In this document: positions 37,101 through 47,800 of the stretch, in pieces | How the letters are laid out: each line of letters opens with the position of its first letter | Numbering within the stretch: position 1 is the first letter of the stretch | From: Malacoraja senta | Taxonomy: Eukaryota | Direction: 5' to 3' | Length of the DNA: 64,000 nucleotides | Assembly (NCBI GenBank): GCA_038087875.1 | Contig: JAXLNO010000169.1 | Span: forward strand, 1-64,000 | Translations under genes and position numbers: made by a program | Notes under the pieces: model-generated | The model's input: only the letters and a program-made list of their open reading frames with translations | The model's database searches: none | Told to the model about the DNA's origin: nothing

Positions 37101-37974
37101 GTTCTCTGCTTTTCGCAAGGTTGCCAATCGGTTCTTGATGTCCTCTTGGAGTAGCATGAGACCTTCTCTCTCTGCGTCAGTTGCTTTTTTCCATTGCTTT
37201 TTCAACTGTCTCCTCTCTCTGATTAGCCTCTCGATCTCCTGCTGCCTCCTGGACTTGATTGGTGTTGGTAATTTCTTTCCACCTCTCCCTTTACTCACCC
37301 CAAACCGTTCTTCTCCATAGCTGTAGATTGTGTTGCCCATCCTTTCAAGCTTTTCCACTGCTGTGCCCGTTTGTTGCTCCAAGATATGTATAAGGTCACT
37401 GTTGACCGTCTCCCACTCTTTCTTTTCAACAGCCTTGGGCCATTTCACTCCAGGTTTGTGCCCTTTGATCTTTCCCTCCAATGGAGGTCTTTGTAGTTGT
37501 TGCGTGGGCTCCTCCACCGGCATTTCTGTGCTTGTATCACCCTCTTCAGTGACATGGGTGCTGATGCTCTGCGAACTTTGGTTTGTGTCCCGTCGCTGTG
37601 CTTCACTCGACTGATTTGACTGGTTGCTTCGTAAGAAGTACTGGTCAATGCGAGGCCCATGTTTCTGCTCTCTCAAGCACTTTTTCTTCCCTTGGTGGAT
37701 CTTCAAGCCCTTCACTGATGTTAATTTCTCCCAACCACAGATGCACACCTGAAGTTTGTGTCCCGCAGCTGTTGTGGATGTCTCATGTGCCATGCTCTCC
37801 TTGTCAGTAGTCGTTTCCGTTCCTGGGTCTGTAACCGTGTTATCAATCGGTGAGCCATCTTCCGCCCCCGCTCTCGCAGGCTCTAGGGGTATTCTCTTTA
37901 TTTTACTTTTAGTAGCATTTAGCGGGTGTCTCCAACTAGCTGAAACAGCGTTGGGGACTGCTGTCATGGGTAGC
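34147..37974 (-). mobile_element. HERO-like (RLE-type) non-LTR retrotransposon inserted in a V-SINE
   Basis: Interrupts SINE sequence GTGTGTAGGA|TAGTGTTAGTGTG with no evident TSD; single long ORF and about 280-bp 3' UTR. Confidence 0.88.
34428..37967 (-). CDS. Retrotransposon polyprotein: N-terminal zinc finger, RT, CCHC knuckle, restriction-like endonuclease
   Basis: Uninterrupted 1179 aa: CICG...GLKIHQGKKKC, FRPICLLNVEGKIF, LDLANAFGSVPH, GIMAGCTVSP, YMDD, CAIC...H...C, RHNQVL, RPDLVFW...IIELTVPWE, AYERK. Confidence 0.93.
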   Translation of the reverse strand: MTAVPNAVSASWRHPLNATKSKIKRIPLEPARAGAEDGSPIDNTVTDPGTETTTDKESMAHETSTTAAGHKLQVCICGWEKLTSVKGLKIHQGKKKCLREQKHGPRIDQYFLRSNQSNQSSEAQRRDTNQSSQSISTHVTEEGDTSTEMPVEEPTQQLQRPPLEGKIKGHKPGVKWPKAVEKKEWETVNSDLIHILEQQTGTAVEKLERMGNTIYSYGEERFGVSKGRGGKKLPTPIKSRRQQEIERLIRERRQLKKQWKKATDAEREGLMLLQEDIKNRLATLRKAENLRKLRKKKEHTRTRFYKDPFKFIKDLFAKEKSGTLKTSKQELEEHLEKAHKDTKRHEQLVIPHDIPPIQPPEFNMDTSPPRWKEVENTVRRARAASAPGPNGVPYKLYKNAPDVLRFLWKLMRVVWKKQTIPKAWRRAGGVLIPKEKDSSDISQFRPICLLNVEGKIFFSIVSQRLSTYLVTNKYIDTSVQKAGIPGFSGCLEHTSMIWHQIQAAKKDKRDLHVIFLDLANAFGSVPHELLWESFAFFHVPELITTLVKKYYQDLQLCFTTADFSTTWQRLEVGIMAGCTVSPLAFTMAMEVIIRASKWVVGGERTRAGLRLPPIRAYMDDMTTLTTTAACTKRLLGKLQENIKWARMKIKPSKSRSISIVKGVLRDTRFCIGDDPIPTVSEQPVKSLGRWYNASLKDKEQVQQLRQEIVNGLENINQTLLPGKLKLWCLQFGLLPRTMWPLTVYEAPITTVEKMERTITSYVKKWLGVPRCLTNIGLYGKGVLELPLTSLTEEYKCSKVRLQMTLRDSRDKIISAVAPPLATGRKWTPSDAVQQASSALRHKDIVGQVQQGRGGFGLTTSKPTWRKATTSERRTLVVEEVRRQEEAARSAKAVSLAKQGQWMQWEGVERRKISWKELWEMEASKISFIIRATYDVLPSPKNLHQWYGEDPTCAICPTPATLKHIMVGCKTSLTQGRYTWRHNQVLKSLASALENRRCATNSLPPRASNPPLRGITFVREGQKTSKLPSTRSEEGSQCRARDWRMLADIGRQLIFPPEIASTTLRPDLVFWSPSQKTAYIIELTVPWENSVEEAYERKKLRYAELAAEATQRGWNTKVYPVEVGCRGFVASSTIRLLKELGIHGQALRKTIRSLSEAAERSSRWIWLKRKDPCWAPSMSG

Positions 37975-38303
37975 TAGTGTTAGTGTGTGCTGATTGCTGG
38001 TCGGCACGGACTCGGTGGGCCTAAGGGCATGTTTTCGGGCTGTATCTCTAAAATAAACTAAGGGTCTCGAATGGAAACGTCACCTATCCCCTTTCTCCAG
38101 AGATGCTATCCGACCTGCTGATTTACTCCAGCTTTTTGTGCCTAAACATGTAAGGCAAGTCTGCAGAAACTAATTTCCTGACTGCGGTGTAGATTTACAC
38201 AGCAGAGAGCATCAAATGATTGCTGATAGATACAAAAAGCTGGAGTAACTCAGCGGGACAGGCAGCATCTCTGGAGAGAAGGAATAGGTGATGTTTCTAC
38301 AGT

Positions 38304-38331
38304 CTGAAGAAGGGTCTCGACCTGAAACGTC
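38304..38331 (+). ncRNA. Minimal hammerhead core at the centre of an inverted-repeat copy (38228-38430) of the Penelope-like repeat
   Basis: CTGAAGA-A-GGGTCTCGACCT-GAAA-CGTC flanked by inverted copies of the element. Confidence 0.65.
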
Positions 38332-38439
38332 ACCCATTGCTTTTCTCCAGAGATGCTGCCTGTCCCGCTGAGTTACTCCAGCTTTTTGTGTCTATGGTTT
38401 AAACCAGCATCTGCAGTTCCTTCCTACACATCGAATGAA

Positions 38440-38970
38440 TAGAGAGAGTACAGAGGAGATTTACTAGAATGTTGCCTGGGTTTCAGCAACTAAATTACAG
38501 AGAAAGGCTGAACAAGTTAGGTTTTTATTCTTTGGAGCACAGAAGGTTAAGGGGGGACTTGGTAGAGGTCTTTAAAATGATGAGAGGGATAGACAGAGTT
38601 GACGTGGATAAGCTTTTCCCATTGAGAGTAGGGAAGATTCAAACAAGAGGACATGACTTGAGAATTAAGGGACAGAAGTTTAGGGGTAACATTAGGGGGA
38701 ACTTCTTTACTCAGAGAGTGGTAGCTGTGTGGAATAAGCTTCCAGTGGAAGTGGTGGAGGCTGGTTCGATTTTATCCTTTAAAAATAGATTGGATGGGTA
38801 TATGGACGGGAAAGGAATGGAGGGTTATGGTCTGAGTGCAGGTAGATGGGACTAGGGGGAAGTATATATATATATTTTTTAATAAAAAAATAATTTAATA
38901 AAATGTTCGGCACAGACTTGAAGGGCCGAGATGGCCTGTTTCCGTGCTGTTATGGTTATATGGTTATATG
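38440..38970 (+). mobile_element. CR1 LINE 3' fragment
   Basis: MLPGFQQLNYRERLNKLGFYSLEHRRLRGDL...FFTQRVVAVWNKLP; (GGTTATAT)n tail. Confidence 0.85.
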
Positions 38971-39084
38971 ATTGCTGTTCCTGCAACGATCCTAATCCAA
39001 GCACAACATTGCCAGTCCAAGCCACATTTTTATCGGGATTCAAACTGTGAGACGCTGGTCCATTCTTACACATTGAACACTTAC

Positions 39085-39154
39085 CTTTGTTCCCACTTTC
39101 TTCCCCCCATGAATTTTCCACTCTCCATTTCTCGTACTCGGCCTCATCGTCACC
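39085..39154 (-). CDS. BLMH: Bleomycin hydrolase-like internal exon (70 bp, phase 0 to 1)
   Basis: Acceptor TTCTTTGGCACGCAG| and donor AAG|GTAAGT; translates GDDEAEYEKWRVENSWGEESGNK(G), containing the peptidase C1B catalytic-Asn motif KWRVENSWG. Confidence 0.85.
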
Positions 39155-39819
39155 CTGCGTGCCAAAGAACACAAGCACAAACGATCAACAAGACTTCCAG
39201 CAAAGTTATTCAACGTGCATCAACTTAATGAATAGGCTGTTTGGGATTCACAAGTTCACAAGTTATAGAAGTAGAATTAGGCCATTCGGCCCATCGAGTC
39301 TACGCCATTCAACTATGTCTGATCTTTGCCTCCTAATCCCATTCTCCTGCCTTCTCCCCATAACGCTTGATACCCCTTCTAATCAAGAATTTGTCTAAAA
39401 AACTATCCACTGACTTGGCCTCCACAGCCCTCTGTGGCAATGAGTTCCACAGATTAACTACCCTCTGACTAAAGAAGTTCCTCCTCACCTCCTTCCTAAT
39501 TCTGAGGCAGTGACCTTTGGACCTAGACTCTCCCACCAGTGGAAACATCCTCTCCACATCCACTCTATCTGTGCCTTTCAATATTCTGTAAGTTTCAATG
39601 AGGTCTCCCCCCCCCTCAACCTTCTAAATCTTCTAAACTCCAGCGAGTAGAGGCCCAGTGCTATCAATCGCTCCATTAGATTAAATGTTAGAAAAAGGAC
39701 ACAGAGTGCTGGAGTAACAACGGGTCAGGCGGTATCTCCGGAGAACATGGACAGGTGACGTTTCTGATCGGGACCCTTCTTCAGACTGAAATGTGGGAGT
39801 GGGAGGGGGGGAAGAATTC

Positions 39820-40235
39820 AACTCCCTTCCATCGACTCCATCTACACCTCATGCTGCCTCAGCAAGGCCAGCAGCATAATCAAGGACCAGTCTCACCCTG
39901 GTCACTCCCTCTTCTCCCCACTCCCATCAGGCAAGAGGTACAGAAGTGTGAAAACGCACACCTCCACATTCAGGGACAGTTTCTTCCCGGCTGTTATCAG
40001 GCAAGTGAACCATCCTACCACAACCAGACCTCCCATCTACCTCATTGGAGACCCTCGGACTATCTTTATTTGGAATTTACAGGACTTTACTGTGCACTGA
40101 ACATTATTCCCTTTTTCCTGTATCTGTACACTGTGGACGACTCGATTGTAATGATGTATAGTTTTTCCGCTGACTACATAGCATGCAACAAAGAGCTTTT
40201 CACTGTACCTTGGTACACGTGACAATAAACTAAAC
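39820..40235 (+). mobile_element. Rex1/Babar-like LINE 3' fragment
   Basis: SIIKDQSHPGHSLFSPLPSGKRYRSVK-type frame and GTGACAATAAACTAAAC tail; relatives at 55740-56095, 50930-51115 and 26630-26860. Confidence 0.7.
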
Positions 40236-41650
40236 GAAATACCTGCAACAATACAAATTGGCCCCATAATATACCATTGACAGTGGTAACCCAGTTTTGA
40301 AAATTCCCCAGTTATATACTATTAATAACTTGACTTTAATGTCTCAAGCCCATGTCCGAGGCAAATACAAAGATTATCAAATAGTGATTAGAGAGAAAAT
40401 TAATTCAGGAAATCATTGACCAAGTCTGATCCAATGATTGAAACCATTAGACATGTACATGGATAGGACAGGTTTGGGGGGATATGAACCACACTCAGGC
40501 AGGTGGAACTAGTGTAGATGGGGCATGTTGGCCGGTGTGGGCAAGTTGGGCCAAAGGGGCCGTTTCCACGCCGTGTTATTCTAGGAGGCATAAAACTCTG
40601 AAGAAGGGTCCTGAACCGAAACGTCACCTATCCATGTTCTCCAGAGATGCTGCCTGACCTGCTGAGTTACTCCAGCACTCTGTGAAATGTCACCTATCCA
40701 TGTTCTCCACAGATGCTGCCTGACCCTCTGAGTTGCTCCAGCACTTTGTGTCTTTGATTTAAGAGCCTTGTCGTATTAACCGTTTTGCCAGAACAACCGA
40801 GGACATGTAATAATAATTCAATAATATTCCTCTGACCCACCAATAAGTGAGTTCGGAATCTCGATAAACGCAAGGAATCATGGGATTTGTCAAAGGTCAT
40901 TCGGGATTTTAAAAAGCGAACGCATCGCTGTATAAACTGTTTATAAATTGTTAACTATTCTACCAAGGAATTAATCTAGAATTCTGTCAACTCTATAGCT
41001 TCCTTTCTTGTTCTGCTGTTCACACACTACTTATGCAGTCCCTGTTCTAGTTCCGTTCATTCATCTGCAATTATGAGATATTTAAAAAGTTAAAGAATTT
41101 ATTATTTTAATTTAATCCTTAATGTGTTTGCTAGTGGAATAAGAAAATCTTACGTGTTTGAAACATTTTCTTATCTTTATTCATAATTTATGTGTAAAAA
41201 TATATTATTAAATCTGAGGCAGGCAGCGGCTGTATCAGTGTGATGTGGGCTGGTGCTTTACCTACAGGCGGTGTGAATATATCGTTAAGGCAACAATTCA
41301 TCTCCGAGGAAAACTTGAGTACTGGGTTGGCCCTGTGAAGGACTCCCCAATCCGATATAAGACATTAAACTGTGAAATGCCTGCCCTTTAGTATTGGATA
41401 GATAGAGTGGAGGGTCTGTGCTGTTCCAAGTTTGTGGTGGTTGCGGTGCGTTTCCCTCAGCCATCTCGCCCAGTGCATGTTGACCAGCACAGTTTGCCAG
41501 CCCTTGTTAGCAGAGGCTCTTTGTGCCGGTGCAACCGGAAGTTTTTGTGGAGGTTCTGCGTTAGGATCGGGCACGCAGCGAGCTAGTCAGATCAGATCAG
41601 CCCAGGTTGCCGAGTGGCTGAAGGGCAGATTTTAATGGGTCGTTATTAAA

Positions 41651-42432
41651 ACAGGAAAGCAGACTATTATCTAAATGGTGGCCGACTAGGAAAAGGGGAG
41701 ATGCAGCGAGACCTGGGTGTCATGGTACACCAGTCATTGAAAGTAGGCATGCAGGTGCAGCAGGCAGTGAAGAAAGCGAATGGTATGTTAGCTTTCATAG
41801 CAAAAGGATTTGAGTATAGGAGCAGGGAGGTTCTACTGCAGTTGTACAGGGTCTTGGTGAGACCACACCTGGAGTATTGCGTACAGTTTTGGTCTCCAAA
41901 TCTGAGGAAGGACATTATTGCCATAGAGGGAGTGCAGAGAAGGTTCACCAGACTGATTCCTGGGATGTCAGGACTGTCTTATGAAGAAAGACTGGATAGA
42001 CTTGGTTTATACTCTCTAGAATTTAGGAGATTGAGAGGGGATCTTATAGAAACTTACAAAATTCTTAAGGGGTTGGACAGGCTAGATGCAGGAAGATTGC
42101 TCCCGATGTTGGGGAAGTCCAGGACAAGGGGTCACAGCTTAAGGATAAGGGGGAAATCCTTTAAAACCGAGATGAGAAGAACTTTTTTCACACAGAGAGT
42201 GGTGAATCTCTGGAACTCTCTGCCACAGAGGGTAGTCAAGGCCAGTTCATTGGCTATATTTAAGAGGGAGTTAGATGTGGCCCTTGTGGCTAAATGGATC
42301 AGAGGGTATGGAGAGAAGGCAGGTACGGGATACTGAGTTGGATGATCAGCCATGATCATATTGAATGGCGGTGCAGGCTCGAAGGGCCGAATGGCCTACT
42401 CCTGCACCTAATTTCTATGTTTCTATGTTTCT
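41651..42432 (+). mobile_element. Young CR1/HER1 LINE, 5'-truncated
   Basis: 211-aa open C-terminal ORF2 frame nearly identical to 45127-46242; (CTATGTTT)n tail. Confidence 0.92.
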
Positions 42433-44069
42433 AAACTGTTCCGTCTGTGCGGCATCGCCAGCTCTCTCTCTCCCAGATCCCCCACCCCAACTGTCGACAA
42501 AATCTGACTAAGAAAATGCCCCCACTCATATTACGGGTTGGCTCCGTGTTTGCCCACTCACTGGGGCGGGCGGCGCCTCCTTCAAAGAGAGCGAGTCAGA
42601 CTCTGAAGAAAGGTCTTGACCTGAAACGTCACCCATTCATTCTATCTAGAGATACTGCCTGTCCCGCTGAGTTACTCCAGCATTTTGAGTCTAGCTTTGA
42701 TGTAAACCAGCATCTGCAGTTTCTTCCTACAGGAAATTCCTCCTCATCTCCATTCTAAATGTACGTCCTTTTATTCTGAGGTTATGGCCTCTGGTCCTAG
42801 ACTCTCCCGCTAGGGAAAACATCCTCTCCACATCCACTTTATCCAGGCCTTTCACTATTTGGTGAGTCTCAATGAGGTCCCCCCTAACTCCAGCAAGTAC
42901 AAGCCCAATGCTCATCATACGTTAACCCAATCATCCCTGGGATCATTTTTTGTAAACCTCCTCTGGACCTTCTCCAGAGCCAGCACATCCTTCATCAGAT
43001 ATGTGGCCCCAAAATTGCTCACAACACTCCAAATGCAGCCTGCTGAGTGCCTTATAGAGCCTCAGCATTACATCCCTGTGGCATATATGATGAGCGTTTG
43101 ATGGCACTGGGCCTATACTCGCTGGAGTTCAGAGGGATGAGGTGGGACCTCATTGATTCCCTGTAATCTTTTTCAAAACTTTACCATCTTCATAATAATT
43201 GGTGTAAAATCATAATGCTGCTGTATGCAAAAATGACAAATGATTAGCCAGTAATTAAAGCTTTAACATATACAGTAGTAAAGATAATGATTCAAATTAT
43301 ACAATATTTCAGAGAAGTATTATATAATTCAGCTGTTATCTTTATCCAGTATTTGTCTTTCTAAGCAAGATGTTGACCTTTTCAGATAAGGTAATGCCGT
43401 TATAAAGAGTTTGACAGGAAATCATTATGTGAATGGATATACATTGCAGATGAAGACTTAAAGTAGACAGTTCATGATATTGCAAGACATTAAGCACATC
43501 TTGCTTCGTTTAGATTAGTTTAGTTCAGTATACAGATACAGCACGAACACAGGCCTTTTGGCCCACCGAGTCTGCACCGACCAGCAATCCCTGCACATTA
43601 ACACTATCCTACCCACACTAAGGGCAATTTACAATTGATACCAAGTCAATTAACCTACAAACCTGCAAGCCTTTGGAATGTGGGAAGAAACCGGAGCACC
43701 CAGAGAAAACCCACACAGGTCATGGGGAGAACGTACAAACTCCGTACAGACAGCACCCATAGTCAAGATCGAACCAGGGTCTCTGGCGCTGTGAGGCAGC
43801 AACTATACCGCTGCGCCACCATGCCGCCCTAAGGGCGGCGGTAATTTTTTTAAATTTTAGTACAGCATTAAGGATCAGAACTCCAGCATAGAAGAAGTGA
43901 CACAAGAAGAAGTTTATAAATACTTGCGTCTCTTTATAAAGAGTCAAATTGATATTTGATAAGTAGCGTGTAAAGGCCAGGAAAATGATCGGCCAGTTTG
44001 ACTCTGCCAGTTTGACACTAGGTCCCACATTGAACGTTTCAAGTGCAGGCAGATGAGATTAATTTATGA

Positions 44070-44255
44070 CACAGAGTGCTAGAGTAACTCAGTGGGTCAG
44101 GCAGCATCTGTGGAGAACATGGATAGGTGACGTTTCACAGAGTGCTGGAGTAACTCAGCAGATCAGGCAGCATCTGTGGAGAACATGGATAGGTGACGTT
44201 TCACAGAGTGCTGGAGTAACTCAGCAGGTCAGGCAGCATCTCTGGAGAACATGGA
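44070..44255. repeat. 66-bp tandem repeat (about 3 units) of the Penelope-like repeat
   Basis: Units start at about 44075, 44141 and 44207. Confidence 0.9.
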
Positions 44256-44880
44256 TTTTGGGATAGGAAGTTTCCGAACATATGATGAGCGTTTGATGGC
44301 ACTGGGCCTGTACTCGCTGGAGTTTAGAAGGATGAGGTAGGACCTCGTTGAAACATACAGAATAGTGAAAGGCCTGGATAGAGTGGATGTGGAGAGTATG
44401 TTTCCACGAGTGGGAGAGTCTAGGACCAGACGCCATAGCCTTAGAATAAAAAGATGTACCTTTAGAAGGAGATGAGGAGGAATTTCTTGAGTCAGATGGT
44501 GGTGAATCTGTGGAATTCATTGCCACAGAAGGCTGTGGAGGCCAAGCCAATGAATATGTTTAAGGCAGAGATAGATAAATTCTTCATTAGTGTGAGAATC
44601 AGGGGCTATGGGGAGAAGGCAGGAGAATGGGGTTGAGAGGGAGAGATAGATCAGCCATGATTGAACGGCAGAATGGGCCGAATGGGTTAATTGTGCTCCT
44701 TGAACTTTATGAGACCGATCTGAAGAAGTGTCCTGTCCCGAAATATCACCTATCCATGTTCTCCGGAAATGCTTCCTGACCCGTAGAGTTAAAAACATAG
44801 AAGAATAGGTGCAGGAGTAGGTCATTCGGCCCTTCGAGCCAGCACCGCCATTCAATATGATAATAGCTGATCATCTGAAA

Positions 44881-47800
44881 TCAAGTTCAAGTTCAAGTGA
44901 GTTTATTGTCATGTGTCCCTGATAGGACAATGAAATTCTTGCTTTACTTCAGCACAACAGAACATAGTAGGCATTGACTACAGAACAGATCAGTGTGTCC
45001 ATATACCATTATATAAATATATACACACATAGATACATAGATACATAGAAAATAGGTGCAGAAGTAGGCCATTCGGCCCTTCGAGCCTGCACCGCCATTC
45101 AATATGATCATGGCTGATCATCCAACTCAGTATCCCGTACCTGCCTTCTCTCCATACCCCCTGATCCCTTTAGCCACAAGGGCCACATCTAACTCCCTCT
45201 TAAATATAGCCAATGAACTGGCGTCAACTACCCTCTGTGGCAGAGAGTTCCAGAGATTCACCACTCTCTGTGTGAAAAAGTTTTTCCTCATCTCGGTCTT
45301 AAAGGATTTCCCCCTTATCCTTAAGCTGTGACCCCTTGTCCTGGACTTCCCCAACATCGGGAACAATCTTCCTGCATCTAGCCTGTCCAACCCCATAAGA
45401 ATTTTGTACGTTTCTATAAGATCCCCTCTCAATCTCCTAAATTCTAGCGAGTATAAGCCAAGTCTATCCAGTCTTTCTTCATATGAAAGTCCTGACATCC
45501 CAGGAATCAGTCTGGTGAACCTTCTCTGCACTCCCTCTATGGCTATAATGTCCTTCCTCAGATTTGGAGACCAAAACTGTACGCAATACTCCAGGTGTGG
45601 TCTCACCAAGACCCTGTACAACTGCAGTAGAACCTCCTTGCTCCTATACTCAAATCCTCTTGCTATGAAGGCCAACATACCATTCGCTTTCTTCACTGCC
45701 TGCTGCACCTGCATGCCTACTTTCAATGACTGGTGTACCATGACACCCAGGTCTCGCTGCACCTCCCCATTTCCTAATCGGCCACCATTTAGATAATAGT
45801 CTGCCTTCCCGTTTTTGCCACCAAAGTGGATAACCTCACATTTATCCACATTATACTGCATCTGCCAAACATTTGCCCACTCACCCAGCCTATCCAAGTC
45901 ACCTTGCAGTCTCCTAGCATCCTCCTCACAGCTAACACTGCCCCCCAGCTTAGTGTCATCCGCAAACTTGGAGATGTTGCTTTCAATTCCCTCGTCCAGA
46001 TCATTAATATAAATTGTAAATAGCTGGGGTCCCAGCACTGAGCCTTGCGGTACCCCACTAGTCACTGCCTGCCATTGTGAAAAGGACCCGTTTACTCCTG
46101 CTCTTTGCTTCCTGTTTGCCAGCCAGTTCTCTATCCACATCAATACTGAACCCCCAATACCGTGTGATTTAAGTTTGTATCCTAATCTCTTATGTGGTAC
46201 CTTGTCGAAAGCCTTCTGAAAGTCCAGATACAACACATCCACTGGCTGGTTCTCCCCTATCCACTCTACTAGTTACATCCTCGAAAAATTCTATAAGATT
46301 CGTCAGACACCATTTACCTTTCGTAAATCCATGCTGACTTTGTCCAATGATTTCACCACTTTCCAAATGTGCTGCTATCCCATCTTTAATAACTGACTCT
46401 AGCAGTTTCCCCACTACCGATGTTAGACTAACTGGTCTGTAATTCCCCGTTTTCTCTCTCCCTCCCTTCTTAAAAAGTGGGGTTACGTTTGCTACCCTCC
46501 AATCCTCAGGAACTACTCCAGAATCTAAAGAATTTTGAAAAATTATCACTAATGCATCCACTATTTCTGGAGCTACTTCCTTAAGTACTCTGGGATGCAG
46601 CCTATCTGGCCCTGGTGATTTATCGGCCTTTAATCCATTCAATTTACCCAACACCACTTCCCGACTAACCTGGATTTCACTCAGTTCCTCCATCTCCTTT
46701 GACCCGCGGCCCCCTGCTATTTCCGGCAGATTATTTATGTCTTCCTTAGTGAAGACGGAACCAAAGTAGTTATTCAATTGGTCCGCCATATCCTTGTTCC
46801 CCATGATCAATTCACCTGTTTCTGACTGCAAGGGACCTACATTTGTTTTAACTAATCTCTTTCTCTTCACATATCTATAAAACTTTTGCAGTCAGTTTTT
46901 ATGTTCCCTGCCAGTTTCCTTTCATAATCTATTTTCCCTTTCCTAATTAAGCCCTTTGTCCTCCTCTGCTGGTCTCTGAATTTCTCCCAGTCCTCTGGTA
47001 TGCTGCTTTTTCTGGCTAATTTGTACGCAACATCTTTTGCTTTGATACTATCCCTGATTTCCCTTGTTATCCACGGATGCACTACCTTCCTGATTTATTC
47101 TTTTGCCAAACTGGGATGAACATTTTTTGTAGTTCATCCATGCAGTCTTTAAATGCCTTCCATTGCATATCCACCGTCAACCCTTTTAGAACTAATTGCC
47201 AGTCAATCTTGGCCAATTCACGTCTCATATCCTCAAAGTTACCTTTCTTTAAGTTCAGAACCGTTGTTTCTGAATTAACAATGTCACTCTCCATCCTAAT
47301 GAAGAACTCAACCATATTATGGTCACTCTTGCCCAAGGGGGCACGCAAAACAAGTCTGCTAACTAACCCTTCCTCATTACTCAATACCCAGTCTAGAATA
47401 GCCTGCTCTCTCGTTGGTTCCTCTACATGTTGGTTTAGATAACTATCCCTCATACATTCCAAGAAATCCTCTTCCTCAGCACCCCTGCCAATTTGATTCA
47501 CCCAATCTATATGTAGATTGAAGTCACCCATTATAACTGTTTTGCCTTTGTTGCACGCATTTCTAATTTCCTGTTTGATGCCATCCCCAACTTCACTACT
47601 ACTGCTAGGTGGCCTGTACACAACACCCACCAGCGTTTTCTGCCCCTTAGTATTTCGTAGCTCTACCCATACCGATTCCACATCCTCCAAACTAATGTCC
47701 TTCCTTTCCACTGCGTTAATCTCCTCTCTACCAGCAACGCTACCCCACCTCCTTTTCCTTTCTCTCTATCCCTCCTGAATATTGAATATCCTGGATGTTC

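Noticed and set aside
34783..37977. Plus-strand ORFs over the HERO-like element
   Set aside because: Antisense shadows of the long minus-strand ORF.
41361..41640. GC-richer non-repeat stretch with a CCGGAAGT (ETS-like) motif
   Set aside because: A single short motif is not enough to call a promoter, and no ribozyme fold was found.
43860..43960. EEVYKYL motif resembling an RT thumb region
   Set aside because: Too short and closed by stops.
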